A stretch of 64,000 nucleotides of DNA from Candidatus Latescibacterota bacterium (GTDB taxonomy: Bacteria > Latescibacterota > UBA2968 > SICM01): the NCBI GenBank assembly GCA_965217865.1, contig CBDCJO010000002.1:1664001-1728000 (forward strand), written 5' to 3'. A model generated the notes under the pieces. It searched no databases. It was not told where the DNA came from and worked only from the letters and a program-made list of their open reading frames with translations. Positions 30,659-43,864 of this stretch are shown piece after piece (the first letter of the stretch is position 1; every line of letters begins with the position of its first letter). A program made the position numbers and the translations under genes.

Positions 30659-31504
30659 TCATTGATTCTCCGGCGCCCCGTTTCGGGGTAGGGCCGAGGT
30701 TGGGGGCTCCCGCCGCAAGAGCACTGCGATCAAGGTCCCCAGTCCAAGGAGGGTCGCAATCCCCGCGATCCTGACGACGTTCAGGATCGCCAGGCTGTAT
30801 CGGCCGGTCGCAGGATCATACTGAAAGCAGTAGAGGAGAACCTGATCCACCGGAGATCCGATCTTTCCAGAGGAAGCCTCGACCAATCCCAGACGGAGGT
30901 CCCGGGGTGGGTACTCGATCCCAAGGTAATAGCGGGCGATCTTTCCCCCGGGCGTCAACACGATAATTCCACTTGCGTGGGCAAACTGCTGGGTTTCGGG
31001 ATTGTATTTGTAGCGGAATCCCACCGCATTCGTCAATCGATCGATCGCCGCCGGGGTTCCTGTCAGGAAGTGCCAGCCGTCCGCTGCCCCGACCCGGCCA
31101 TAACTTCGGATGTATTCGTCCTTTTTCGCGGCTGCAAGGATTGGGGTTTCCCCCGGGTCAAAACTAACGGCGAGTACTTCGAACTCGTCTCCCACGTCGA
31201 AGGAGAGCGCTCGAAGGCTGGACAGCAAACCGTTCAGGACCTGTGTGCAGAGCATCGGACACTGAAAGTAGACGAGGGCAAGGATCACGGGTTTCCCGTC
31301 AAAATAGACCCCCAGGCGGACCGGGTTTCCGGTCTCGTCTCTAAAAAATAGATCCCGGGGGACTTGGTCACCCAATCTCTGATCGATGCCGACCTCCTGC
31401 AAGTCAGGAGGAAGCCCGCTCTGAGCCCCGGCGGGAACTGGCCGGAGGTTGAACTGGAAGCTGATCGCCGAAAAGAGGGCCATCGGGAATAAAACGCGTC
31501 TCAT
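30659..31504 (-). CDS. SCO1/SenC family copper chaperone
   Basis: Signal peptide, CPMLC, FAHAS, C-terminal TM anchor. Confidence 0.9.
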   Translation of the reverse strand: MRRVLFPMALFSAISFQFNLRPVPAGAQSGLPPDLQEVGIDQRLGDQVPRDLFFRDETGNPVRLGVYFDGKPVILALVYFQCPMLCTQVLNGLLSSLRALSFDVGDEFEVLAVSFDPGETPILAAAKKDEYIRSYGRVGAADGWHFLTGTPAAIDRLTNAVGFRYKYNPETQQFAHASGIIVLTPGGKIARYYLGIEYPPRDLRLGLVEASSGKIGSPVDQVLLYCFQYDPATGRYSLAILNVVRIAGIATLLGLGTLIAVLLRREPPTSALPRNGAPENQ

Positions 31505-31911
31505 TCTGTAACTTCCCCCTGTTTTCTTACGGGCAAGCCTCTCTTCACGAGCAATTCCATTGCCTTTTCGACCGGAATCCTGACAATTCCACTGTCCCTT
31601 TCGACCCAGGTGTAGCGGCCAATCAACGCCTCCTCATATTCCCGAGCATCTGCCAGCTCCTTCGACGGGTCGGGCTGGAGAAGCGGCCCGGAAGGCGGTT
31701 TCCTTGAGTCTGCCATAGGGGACGACGAAGGGTGCTGGGCGGCATTGCGGCTTGCGAAGAAATTGAACATTCCTGACATCAGGAGGGTCGATATTCCCAC
31801 GATGACGGCCACGAGGAGCCCGGCCGCGATCAAAGGCCGAATCCGAACCTCGGAGGATTCGTAAGCCCTGCTGTCACCCTGGCCGGGGTTTTCTTGGGAC
31901 TTATCCATCAT
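31501..31911 (-). CDS. Single-TM ACIII accessory subunit (ActG-like)
   Basis: YESSEV then TM, PLLQ, Y.WV...G.VRIPVEKAM; lies after actF. Confidence 0.65.
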   Translation of the reverse strand: MMDKSQENPGQGDSRAYESSEVRIRPLIAAGLLVAVIVGISTLLMSGMFNFFASRNAAQHPSSSPMADSRKPPSGPLLQPDPSKELADAREYEEALIGRYTWVERDSGIVRIPVEKAMELLVKRGLPVRKQGEVTE

Positions 31912-33104
31912 CCGTGATTACCTCCTGACGAAGCGAAGGCCTCTTCCATCCTGGGATCCTTGAGGGGAAGCAGCGACTTGCCTTCAAGCTCCCGGGCGAA
32001 GAACCAGAGCCAGATTCCCCCGATTCCGAGCGGGGCGGTAAGATCCATTATGTGGAGCGGACTCCCCCCAAGACCGTGAGCGCTAAACGAAGGGACGACG
32101 AACCAGTAGACATCGACGAGACGGACCAGCAGCATCATCCCGGCTATGGCCGTCAACACCTTTGTCCGGCGTTTGATATTTCGGGAGATCAGCAGCGTAA
32201 AGGGCAGTGCAAAATGGAAAAGGATCAGCCCGATCGTCACCCACGTCCACACGCCCCGAGTTCGATGGAGATACCAAGGGATCTCTTCGGGCAGGTTCCC
32301 GGACCATATGATCAGGTATTGTGAAAAGGTCACATAAGCCCAGAGCATCACGAAGGCGAGCATCATGGTCCCCAGGTCTCTGAGATATTTTGGGGAGATC
32401 AGATCGGAAAGGGGCTTCTGGCCTGATAACAGGACCACACATAATATCGAAAACGCCAGGGTGGCCAGGGCCTGTCCCACGATGAAGATGACCCCGTGCA
32501 TTGTGGAGAACCAGTGGGGCTCTAACGACATCACCCAGTCGATCGATGCAAAGGTCGCCGTAAGCCCGAATATTACAAGCCCTGGACCGCTCAGGATGGG
32601 CATGCGACGGCTGAGCAGGGGGTCACCCGTCCTGTCCTGCTCCAGGGACCAGCGACTCAGCAGAGAGGAGATGCCGATCCATATCAGAAAGTAGACGATT
32701 CCCCGTGTGATGAAAAAAGGGATGTTGAGATAAGCGCTTTTGTGTTGCAGGACCTGATCGCGGGCCACCAGGTCGGCGTCGGTCCAGATAAAGATGTGAT
32801 TCATCCCGAAGAGGATAGGAAGGAAGAGCAGGGCCATCAACGGAAAGGTCCGGGTCCCCGCCTCGAGGATTCGCCTGATTATAAATCCCCAGCACCCTCC
32901 CACCAGCTGGTGCAGCATCAGGATGCCGAGACTGCCCATGGCAATTCCGATCCAGAAGAGATAGGCCACCAGATAGGACCGGAAAAAACCCTCGGGATTG
33001 AGGAGCCCCCATCCCGAAAAGGCGGCCATGGAAACCAGGCCGACGAAAAGCGATCGCCGCTGGATTCGATTCAATAAAGATCCAAGGGAGTCGGTTTGAT
33101 CCAT
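31908..33104 (-). CDS. actF: Alternative complex III membrane subunit ActF
   Basis: About 10 TM helices, DWVMSLEPHWFST, WAYVTFSQYLIIWSGNLPEEIPWY; TGATG overlap with actE. Confidence 0.88.
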   Translation of the reverse strand: MDQTDSLGSLLNRIQRRSLFVGLVSMAAFSGWGLLNPEGFFRSYLVAYLFWIGIAMGSLGILMLHQLVGGCWGFIIRRILEAGTRTFPLMALLFLPILFGMNHIFIWTDADLVARDQVLQHKSAYLNIPFFITRGIVYFLIWIGISSLLSRWSLEQDRTGDPLLSRRMPILSGPGLVIFGLTATFASIDWVMSLEPHWFSTMHGVIFIVGQALATLAFSILCVVLLSGQKPLSDLISPKYLRDLGTMMLAFVMLWAYVTFSQYLIIWSGNLPEEIPWYLHRTRGVWTWVTIGLILFHFALPFTLLISRNIKRRTKVLTAIAGMMLLVRLVDVYWFVVPSFSAHGLGGSPLHIMDLTAPLGIGGIWLWFFARELEGKSLLPLKDPRMEEAFASSGGNHG

Positions 33105-33742
33105 CAGTTTTCGGAATCTTCCTTTTGGAGTTGAACCCGGAACGCCTCCGGCACGTCCGAAAGGGTCGCACGCTGGCTGAGTTGAAGGGCACGGATATAG
33201 GCCACGATGGCCCATCGGTCCCGGGGTGGGATCCGCGAAGCATAGCTGTACATCGTCCCGAATCCGTTTGTGATTACATCGTAGAGATGCCCCACCTGGA
33301 TTTCACGCAATCGCGGGATGTGCAGGGAGGGAGGCTTTTTGAACCCACGTTTAATGATCATCCCGTATCCTGTACCAGCCCGATCATGACAGGGGGAGCA
33401 AAAAATATTGAAGCGCTCCTGTCCCTTTTCCAACATCCCGGTTGTTACGGGGTATGGGAACGAATCGACCGGCTCGCCGTCAGGCCCTTTTCCCGTGTAG
33501 AAATGTGTGTCCTCCCTGAGCTGCCCTCGAGCCACCGTACCGGGTACCATCGGACGTGCAGAGCGGCCATCCTCGAAGAAGGGGCTGGCCTCGAGCGGTT
33601 CGTACCTCGGCTGGTCGTACATCGCCTGCCTGAGTTTTTCAAGACTCGTCTCGCCGCTGCAGGCCGTCAGGAGGAGGAGGAACGAGATAGGCCAACACCG
33701 ACCGAAAGGCATGGGGTGATTTCTATTATGAGTCGACTTCAT
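33104..33742 (-). CDS. actE: ACIII monoheme cytochrome c lipoprotein ActE
   Basis: Lipobox LLTAC, MYDQPRY, GTVARG, CSPCH, DRWAIVAYIRALQ. Confidence 0.9.
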   Translation of the reverse strand: MKSTHNRNHPMPFGRCWPISFLLLLTACSGETSLEKLRQAMYDQPRYEPLEASPFFEDGRSARPMVPGTVARGQLREDTHFYTGKGPDGEPVDSFPYPVTTGMLEKGQERFNIFCSPCHDRAGTGYGMIIKRGFKKPPSLHIPRLREIQVGHLYDVITNGFGTMYSYASRIPPRDRWAIVAYIRALQLSQRATLSDVPEAFRVQLQKEDSEN

Positions 33743-34265
33743 GGACTTCCGCCGGAAGCAAGCTCTCCAGGAATTCCCGGGTCGCCTCTGGGTGAAATTT
33801 AGGATCTCTGGACTCGATACATAGAAAGAAACGGTTTTGTGAGGCCATCTCGAACTTTTGGACGTTGAAGACCGGGTGATAGGGCATCGGCAAGCCGTTC
33901 AAGGCGAGCATCCCCAGTACGGCCGTAGCCGAAGCGGCAAGGATCGTCATCTCGAAGGTCACGGGGATAAACGCAGGCCAACTATGCAGCGGACGGCCTC
34001 CGACGTTGATCGGATAATCGATCACCATCGTGTAATACTGGAGCAGGTAACCCGCCAATCCCCCCAGGATCCCACCCAGAAGCACAAGGTAGGGTAGCCA
34101 CGTCCGGTGAAATCCGATTGCCTCCGCGAGCCCCTCAATCGGCATGGGCGAATACGCATCCATTTTCCGATATCCCGCTTCGTAGGCATTGCTGGCAGCC
34201 TTGATAAGGTCCTGGGGGTTTTCGAAATCCGCCATCAGGCCGTATAGGGGTAGTTTTTCAGTCAT
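33726..34265 (-). CDS. actD: ACIII subunit ActD (DUF3341)
   Basis: DAYSPMP, two TM helices, YPINVGGRP, PAFIPVTFE. Confidence 0.9.
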   Translation of the reverse strand: MTEKLPLYGLMADFENPQDLIKAASNAYEAGYRKMDAYSPMPIEGLAEAIGFHRTWLPYLVLLGGILGGLAGYLLQYYTMVIDYPINVGGRPLHSWPAFIPVTFEMTILAASATAVLGMLALNGLPMPYHPVFNVQKFEMASQNRFFLCIESRDPKFHPEATREFLESLLPAEVHEVDS

Positions 34266-34341
34266 AAATAAAGGAAATGGAAAATTCAAACCCCCTGCGC
34301 CCCCTTCCCTAAAAGGAAGGGGGATGCCGCTTATGGCATCG

Positions 34342-35692
34342 TTATTCTTTTTTGGGAACAAGCGTCCTCATCTCAAAGATCGAGATCATCGGCATCAGCC
34401 GTATAAACACGAACAGCAGGGTGAAAAAGAGGCCGATCGAGCCGATGAATGTGGACCAGTCCCAGAAGGTCCCGGAGTACATGCCCCATGATGAAGGCAG
34501 AAAGTCCCGATGCAGACTGGTCACGACGATGATGAAACGCTCCAGCCACATTCCCACGTTGACAAACATGGCCACCACGAAGAGGGCAAGTGCGCTGGAT
34601 CGGATCCGCTCAGACCAGAGGAGCTGAGGAACTCCCACATTGCAGAAAATCAGAGACCAGTAGACCCAGGCATAGGGACCCCCCATCCGGTTTTGAATCA
34701 TGAAGCCCTCATAGGGGCTTCCACTGTACCAGGCCATGAACTTCTCTATCATATACCCGTAAGCGACGATCAGGCCGGTGGCCAGGAGAATCTTTGCCAT
34801 GTTGTTCAGGTGCCGTTTGGTAATGAAGTCCTCCAGGCCGTAGATCTTTCGAAGCGGGATGGCCAGGGTCAACACCATCGCAAACCCGGCGTAAATCGCC
34901 CCAGCAACGAAATAGGGGGGAAAGATCGTTGCGTGCCAGCCCGGAATGATTGCCACCGCAAAGTCGAAACTCACGATGGTGTGCACGGAGATGACAAGGG
35001 GCGTGGCCAGGCCGGCGAGCAGATAATAGGCGGTCTCATAGCGATACCAGTGTACAGCGGACCCCCTCCACCCCATGGACAGGATTCCGTAGATGGCACG
35101 GGCAAACCGATTTCCCGTCCGGTCGCGCAGGGTCGCCATGTCAGGGATCAATCCGACAAACCAGAAGAGCAGGGAGACGGTCGCGTAGGTGGAAACCGCG
35201 AACACGTCCCAGACCAGGGGGCTTCGGAACTGAGGCCAGATACCCATCGTATTGGGATAGGGGAGCAGCCAGTATGCGGCCAGCCAGGGACGGCCCGCAT
35301 GGAAGAGGGGGAAGAGCGCGGCGCAAGCCACCGCGAAGATCGTCATGGCCTCGGCAAAGCGGTTGATCGAGGTCCGCCACTCCTGACGGAGAAGCAGCAG
35401 GATGGCCGAAATCAAGGTTCCGGCATGGCCGATCCCGATCCACCACACGAAGTTGATGATCGCGAAACCCCAGCCCACCGGGGCGTTGATCCCCCAGATA
35501 CCGGTTCCTTTAACCAGAAGATAGGCCAGGGAGATCAGGAGAAGCATCGTCAGAGAAAACGCGATCCCGAAACCCACAAACCATCCCAGGGGAGTTCGGC
35601 GGTTCACAACGAGGGAGCTGATCTTGTCGGTTATCGATGCGTAGGTGTGCCCCGGCTCAATCACGGGACTGTCCGCGCGTGGGTTCCCTGGA

Positions 35693-35700
<8 letters not shown>
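34342..35700 (-). CDS. actC: ACIII quinol-oxidising subunit ActC (NrfD/PsrC family)
   Basis: NFVWWIGIGHAGTLISA, WRTSINRFAEAMT, HAGRPW, SPLVWD, MWLERF. Confidence 0.95.
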
Positions 35701-38673
<2,973 letters not shown>

Positions 38674-38677
<4 letters not shown>

Positions 38678-39324
38678 CTGTGGCATATGGCGCAATCCGT
38701 AAGGGGTTGAATCTCATATTCCAGAACGAGCCGGCTCCCCGCGGAGACCTGGTCGGCGGGATGTTCCCAATCGGGGTTAAAGGCCTGGTCCCTTGGCCTG
38801 ACGAAACGCTCCGGGTGCCGGTGGCAATCCAGACACCACTCCATGTTGAGGGTCTCCTCTTTCCACATCAGGGGCATCCGTCCCACACTCCCGTGACACG
38901 TGCCGCAACCGATCCCCTTATGGATGTGAATACTGTGATCGAAATAGACAAAATCGGGAAGGTCGTGAACCCGTGTCCATTTGAGCGGGGTGTCGTTCCG
39001 GAAGCTTGCCCGGACGGGCTCCAGGACGGGGCTGTCGGACCAGATTTGAGAATGGCAAGTCATGCAGGTCTCGGTGGAGGGGATTCCCGCGAAGGCCGAT
39101 TGTTCGACCGAGGTATGACAGTAGCGACAGTCGATCCCGAGCCCGCCAACGTGATGTTTGTGACTGAAAGGGACGGGTTGAGGCTGAACCACACTCGCCT
39201 GCGTCACGTAGGAAGAGCGGTTGATCGCCAGGAGGAACCATATCAGGGCTGCCAGGATGAATACGGCGCCGAAGATGCTGACCTTTGAGATGGTGTTGGT
39301 GCTGCGATGGAAAATCTGCGCCAT
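38674..39324 (-). CDS. actA: ACIII pentaheme cytochrome c ActA
   Basis: N-terminal TM plus five CxxCH (CRYCH, CMTCH, CGTCH, CLDCH, CAICH). Confidence 0.94.
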
Positions 39325-39494
39325 GGATGTTTATAGCGGGGACGGAGTGGTGATGAAGAAATCCAGACCGGTAGGAGAGCCCTCCCGAATTTTTTAATAT
39401 AATATAAAAGGCAGGGATCAGGGAAGGAAATTGCAAGGTGGAAGATGGAAAATAAAAAAAATTTACCTGCGTCTCGCGTGGAATATATTGGCTG

Positions 39495-39701
39495 AGACTA
39501 AAGTCAAGTCCTTCTTTCAGCGCCAACGGCTCGTTGTCCCTCAACCCAGGGCATCGCCCTGGGTCCTTGGAAGCAATACCATCGTGCGGCCTGAAGGGCC
39601 GCGATAATTTCACATCGCAATGCCCCAATCCATGTCCTTCGATGAACGGTATGTGTGGGATTGATCCGGATCGCGGACCGTTGGCCCGCTGATGCGTCGC
39701 C
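39495..39701 (+). mobile_element. Internally deleted IS200/IS605-like remnant, copy B
   Basis: Near reverse complement of 26447-26713; mini-ORF 39620-39664 reads MPQSMS-FDERYVWD*. Confidence 0.72.
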
Positions 39702-39941
39702 ACACAGAACCTGGCTTTCCACCAAAAACTAGGAAGATCCCGATGATTCAAGGTCTGAATATGATCTGACTTTAGAAGAAATCTTTCGATGTCCCCTTCT
39801 TCCTTCACTTTTTGATAGGACTTTCCCAAAAAACTTTATCGGTCTGGAATTTTAGCTTGCCGTCCCGATTTTTTTATCGTTAATTAAATTGATTAACCTT
39901 GGAGGTTTGGAACCCCGTTAAACCCGACAGAAAGGCCATTT

Positions 39942-41066
39942 ATGGGATCGGACTGGCGGATTCAACTGATCGATAGAGAGCTGTTTCAGCGCGAACTGGA
40001 ATCGTTCATTCCGAATCGGATTTTTGATGTCCACGCTCACCTCTATGAAACCCGGCACTTTAACAGTGAACTATCAGAGCTGATTGGCAGCGGCCCGGAA
40101 ACCGTTGGATTGGAGACCTACAAGACACACATCTCTGAGATCACACCGAACCGCCCGACAAGCGGACTTTTCTTCCCATTCCCTGCTCCGCATTTGAGTT
40201 TTGCCGGAGCCAATGACTTTCTGATGAATCAGGTAAAGCAGGATTCCGGTTCCCGGGCGCAGATGGTGATCCATCCCAAGATGAATCCCGAACTGATCCG
40301 GGAGACAGTGAAGCGCGACGGGTTTGTGGGTTTGAAACCTTATCACGTCTATGCCGCGGAGCGTCCGACTTTAAAATCCCCTCTTCCGGCGTTCCTCCCG
40401 GAGAGTCACGTGCGGATCGCACACGAAGAGGAACTCACCATCACGATTCACATCGTACGGCCCCGTGCGATGGCGGATCCGGCCAACCAGGAGGTGATTC
40501 GCCGCTATGCGGAGCGCTATCCCAAGGCCAGGCTGATCCTTGCGCACGCGGCACGGGGCTTTAACGCATATCATACCGTGATGGGGATCGGCGCACTGCG
40601 CGGTTTGCGAAATATCTGGTGTGACACCTCTGCGATCGCCGAGTCGTGCGCCTTCGAGGCCGTCCTCCGAACTCTGGGGGCCGATCGGTTGATGTACGGC
40701 TCGGACTTTCCGGTGTCTCATGAGCGGGGTCGACCTGTCGCACTTGGCGACTCATTTTACTGGATCAGGGCGAAGGATATGGATGAGGCGGCTTACGGGC
40801 AAGTACTTCCCACCCTTGTCGGTATAGAGTCACTGCGTGCTCTCAAGATCGCCTGTATGAACCTTCATCTCTCCGATTCACAGGTCGAGGATATTTTCTA
40901 TGGAAATGCAGCGCGGCTCTTCGACCTGACGGAGCGAGAGGATAATGAAAAGGCGGGGGCCAGAGGTCAGGAGTCAGGGAAAAACAGTAGCAGTTGGCAG
41001 TGGCAGGAAAGGCGAAGTCAGGGGGCAGAGGTCGGGGACCAGAGGAAATTGAAGATCGAAAATTGA
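39942..41066 (+). CDS. Amidohydrolase-family (TIM-barrel) protein
   Basis: DVHAH, GLKPYH, ILAHAARGF, CDTS, MYGSDFP, GNAARL; last ~40 aa are repeat-derived. Confidence 0.85.
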   Translation: MGSDWRIQLIDRELFQRELESFIPNRIFDVHAHLYETRHFNSELSELIGSGPETVGLETYKTHISEITPNRPTSGLFFPFPAPHLSFAGANDFLMNQVKQDSGSRAQMVIHPKMNPELIRETVKRDGFVGLKPYHVYAAERPTLKSPLPAFLPESHVRIAHEEELTITIHIVRPRAMADPANQEVIRRYAERYPKARLILAHAARGFNAYHTVMGIGALRGLRNIWCDTSAIAESCAFEAVLRTLGADRLMYGSDFPVSHERGRPVALGDSFYWIRAKDMDEAAYGQVLPTLVGIESLRALKIACMNLHLSDSQVEDIFYGNAARLFDLTEREDNEKAGARGQESGKNSSSWQWQERRSQGAEVGDQRKLKIEN

Positions 41067-41140
41067 AGAAAATTGAAGCGAGATCAATAAAGCCACAAGA
41101 AAGTCCTTAAATGTTCTAAATATTCAATATTCAATATTCA
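41047..41140. repeat. TTGAAGA...ATATTCA inverted-arm mini-element
   Basis: Left arm aattgaagatcgaaaattgaag, right arm (atattca)x3; core similar to that at 9082-9120. Confidence 0.75.
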
Positions 41141-42031
41141 ATGAATGGGGATGTCGTGAGCAACAAAAAATACATTGTATCGGAGGAGGAGAAGTATTAC
41201 TTCGACCTCAGGGGCTACCTGATCATTCCCGGGGCGCTGTCACCGGAGGAGGTGGGGGCGTGCAATGCCGCAGTCGATCAATTTGCGGACCAGATTCGGG
41301 CTCGTGAAACGGGTCTTGCTCGCGGCGCGTCCGCGCTTGAGGGGGCGTCGGGTCGAAAGGAACTAGAAGGCATGCTGGGCTGGCCCTCGCCCTACAGGGA
41401 ACCCTTTCGCCGGCTTCTGATTCATCCCCTGGTGGTTTCCAGGCTGAATGAATTTTCGGGAAAGGGATTTCGATTGGACCACGGCCCTCTTTTAATCGGG
41501 GCTGAGGTGGGAACGGAGGGATTCCTGCTGCACGGTGGAGGAATGCCGTTTCAGCAGGCTGTCTGGTACCATCAACAGAACGATCGGATCACATGCCGCG
41601 GAATTACCGTGGCGTGGCAGCTTGCGGATGTCAACGAGGGGGATGGGGGATTCGCGATTGTTCCCGGCAGCCAAAAGGCCTTCGAACCGATTCCTGATGG
41701 GGTGCGGGACCAGGGGGACGATATGGGTTTGGCGGTGCAGCCAGCGATGAAGGCGGGGGATCTTCTTTTCTTCGCGGAGAGCGCCACCCACGGAACGCTT
41801 CCCTGGAAGGGAAAGGGGGAAAGAAGGAGCGTGCTCTACAAGTACAGCACCCGAGGGGCGGCCAGGTCGGTAGGACGATTCTTCACCCCCGAGGATCGAC
41901 TCGGTGAATGGACGAAGGAACTGACCCCCGAGCAACGGGCGGTTTTGTATGGCCCCGGTGTCCACACCGGGAAGAGCCTCCCGATCCTCGCCTCGGATGG
42001 GAAAAAGACCTGGGTTGAGAAGGAAATTTAA
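41141..42031 (+). CDS. Phytanoyl-CoA dioxygenase (PhyH) family Fe(II)/2OG-type enzyme
   Basis: FDLRGYL, LHGG, GGFAIVPGS, AGDLLFF...HG...W...RR DSBH pattern. Confidence 0.82.
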   Translation: MNGDVVSNKKYIVSEEEKYYFDLRGYLIIPGALSPEEVGACNAAVDQFADQIRARETGLARGASALEGASGRKELEGMLGWPSPYREPFRRLLIHPLVVSRLNEFSGKGFRLDHGPLLIGAEVGTEGFLLHGGGMPFQQAVWYHQQNDRITCRGITVAWQLADVNEGDGGFAIVPGSQKAFEPIPDGVRDQGDDMGLAVQPAMKAGDLLFFAESATHGTLPWKGKGERRSVLYKYSTRGAARSVGRFFTPEDRLGEWTKELTPEQRAVLYGPGVHTGKSLPILASDGKKTWVEKEI

Positions 42032-42210
42032 GGAACAATCGACCCCCTCATCTTCAGGGAACCCCACGGAGACACAATCGTTATAGAGAATTGATCGTTC
42101 AGAACAGTTTACTTTTCTTGATAACAGGCCATTATGGCAGGAAGCTTCCATAATGGCATTGGCGATATCCTGTCGTCGCAGATCCCCCCCCAAGCGTCAG
42201 GAGAAGATGA

Positions 42211-43155
42211 ATGATTCGAGTCGATCATCTGGTAAAAAATTACGGAGATGTCAAGGCTGTCCGCGGGATTGACTTTGAGGTCAAAGACGGGGAGATTCTG
42301 GGTTTCCTCGGAGCAAACGGGGCGGGAAAGTCCACAACGCTCAAGATTATCACAGGATTCCTTTCTTCCACATCCGGGAATGTTTTTGTAAACGATTTAA
42401 ATATCATCGAAGACTCGTTGGAGATCAGGAAACAAGTAGGCTACCTGCCGGAATTGAACCCGCTCTACCCTGAGATGGTGGTCTATGATCTTTTAGAATT
42501 CATTGCGCAGGTTCGAGGAATCCAGGGGAAAGCGTTCAAAAGTTCCATGGAAAGGGTGGTGGAACAGTGTGGGTTGCAGGGGGTGGTCCATAAAGAGGTA
42601 CAGGCCTGTTCCAAGGGATACAGACAGAGAATCGGCCTGGCGACCGCGATGATTCACGATCCCGCGATTCTGATTATGGATGAGCCCGTGACCGGTCTGG
42701 ACCCGAACCAGATCGTGGAAATTCGGGAACTGATCAAAGAGCTGGGCCGGGAAAAGACTTTGATCATCTCCAGTCACATTCTACGGGAGATCGAAGCCAC
42801 GGTGGATCGGATCATTATTATTCACGAAGGGGAAATTGTGGCGGATGGCACGAGTGGAGAGCTCATGTCCGGACTCCACGGCCAGACCCAACTGTCCTTG
42901 GAGGTCAAAAACGTGGGCGAAGAGGGCATCGATCGGCTTCGAAGTCATTTGCCCGAGATCGCGGTTAATGCCCTGGGGGAAGATGACGGTCGTCAGAAGC
43001 TGACGATTGAATACGACAAAGAACTGGATCCCCGTGAATCCATATTTCATTTTGCAAAAGACAACGGTTGGGTGATTCTGGAAATGAGTCAGATCAAGGT
43101 CCAGTTGGAAGATGTGTTCAGAAAACTTACGGTCGAAGGAGTGGCCGATGAATAA
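42211..43155 (+). CDS. ABC-2 transporter ATP-binding protein (GldA-like)
   Basis: GANGAGKST, signature CSKGYRQRIGLA, IMDEPVTGLDPNQ, SSH. Confidence 0.9.
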   Translation: MIRVDHLVKNYGDVKAVRGIDFEVKDGEILGFLGANGAGKSTTLKIITGFLSSTSGNVFVNDLNIIEDSLEIRKQVGYLPELNPLYPEMVVYDLLEFIAQVRGIQGKAFKSSMERVVEQCGLQGVVHKEVQACSKGYRQRIGLATAMIHDPAILIMDEPVTGLDPNQIVEIRELIKELGREKTLIISSHILREIEATVDRIIIIHEGEIVADGTSGELMSGLHGQTQLSLEVKNVGEEGIDRLRSHLPEIAVNALGEDDGRQKLTIEYDKELDPRESIFHFAKDNGWVILEMSQIKVQLEDVFRKLTVEGVADE

Positions 43156-43861
43156 TTTCAAAGCGATCTACCTGAAGGAACTGAAGTCCTATTTCGACAG
43201 TCCGATGGCCTATATCTTTCTCGTCATGTTTGCGGTCTTGAACGGATATTTTTTCACGAACACTTTTTTCCTGATCGGACAGTCGGACCTGCGGGTGATG
43301 TTTAACATCGTTCCTGTCGTCTATCTGTTTTTCGTGCCCGCTATTTCGATGGGCCTGATTGCACGCGAGAGAAACATCGGAACCATAGAGGTGATTTCAA
43401 CCCTCCCGATAGCGGACAGGGAATTCGTGTTGGGGAAATACCTGGCCGCCGTGACATTGATTGTCGTCGGACTGTTGTTCACGGCCGTTCATTTTATCAC
43501 GCTTGCGCAAGTGGGCACGAGCATCGATTACGGTGCGGTGGTCACCGGGTATCTGGGATTGATCCTGGTGGGGGCCTTTTATGCTGCGGTGGGCACTTTC
43601 GCCAGCAGTCTGACCGAGAATCAGGTGGTCTCCCTGATCGTCGCGATCAGTATTATCATCGTCTTCTATATCCTGGACAAATTGCTGATTTTTATTCCAG
43701 TGAGTCTTTCCGGAATCGTCCAGTACATCAGTGTCGATTACCACCTTTCCAACATCTCTAGAGGGGTAATCGACTCGAGGAATCTGGTTTATTTTGCCGG
43801 TATGATATGGCTGTTCCTGGTGATGACCATCCGGGTCATCGGAATCCGGAAGTGGAGGTAA
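43148..43861 (+). CDS. ABC-2 permease (GldF-like)
   Basis: KELKSYFDSPMAY, ERNIGTIE, VLGKYLA, SSLTENQ, RGVID; six TM helices. Confidence 0.88.
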   Translation: MNNFKAIYLKELKSYFDSPMAYIFLVMFAVLNGYFFTNTFFLIGQSDLRVMFNIVPVVYLFFVPAISMGLIARERNIGTIEVISTLPIADREFVLGKYLAAVTLIVVGLLFTAVHFITLAQVGTSIDYGAVVTGYLGLILVGAFYAAVGTFASSLTENQVVSLIVAISIIIVFYILDKLLIFIPVSLSGIVQYISVDYHLSNISRGVIDSRNLVYFAGMIWLFLVMTIRVIGIRKWR

Positions 43862-43864
43862 CCG

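Noticed and set aside
38918-39829. 303-aa - strand ORF, and similar 26505-26813, sharing ANGPRSGSIP...PGRCPGLRDN
   Set aside because: The similarity comes from reading through the two IS-remnant repeats, not from a protein family.
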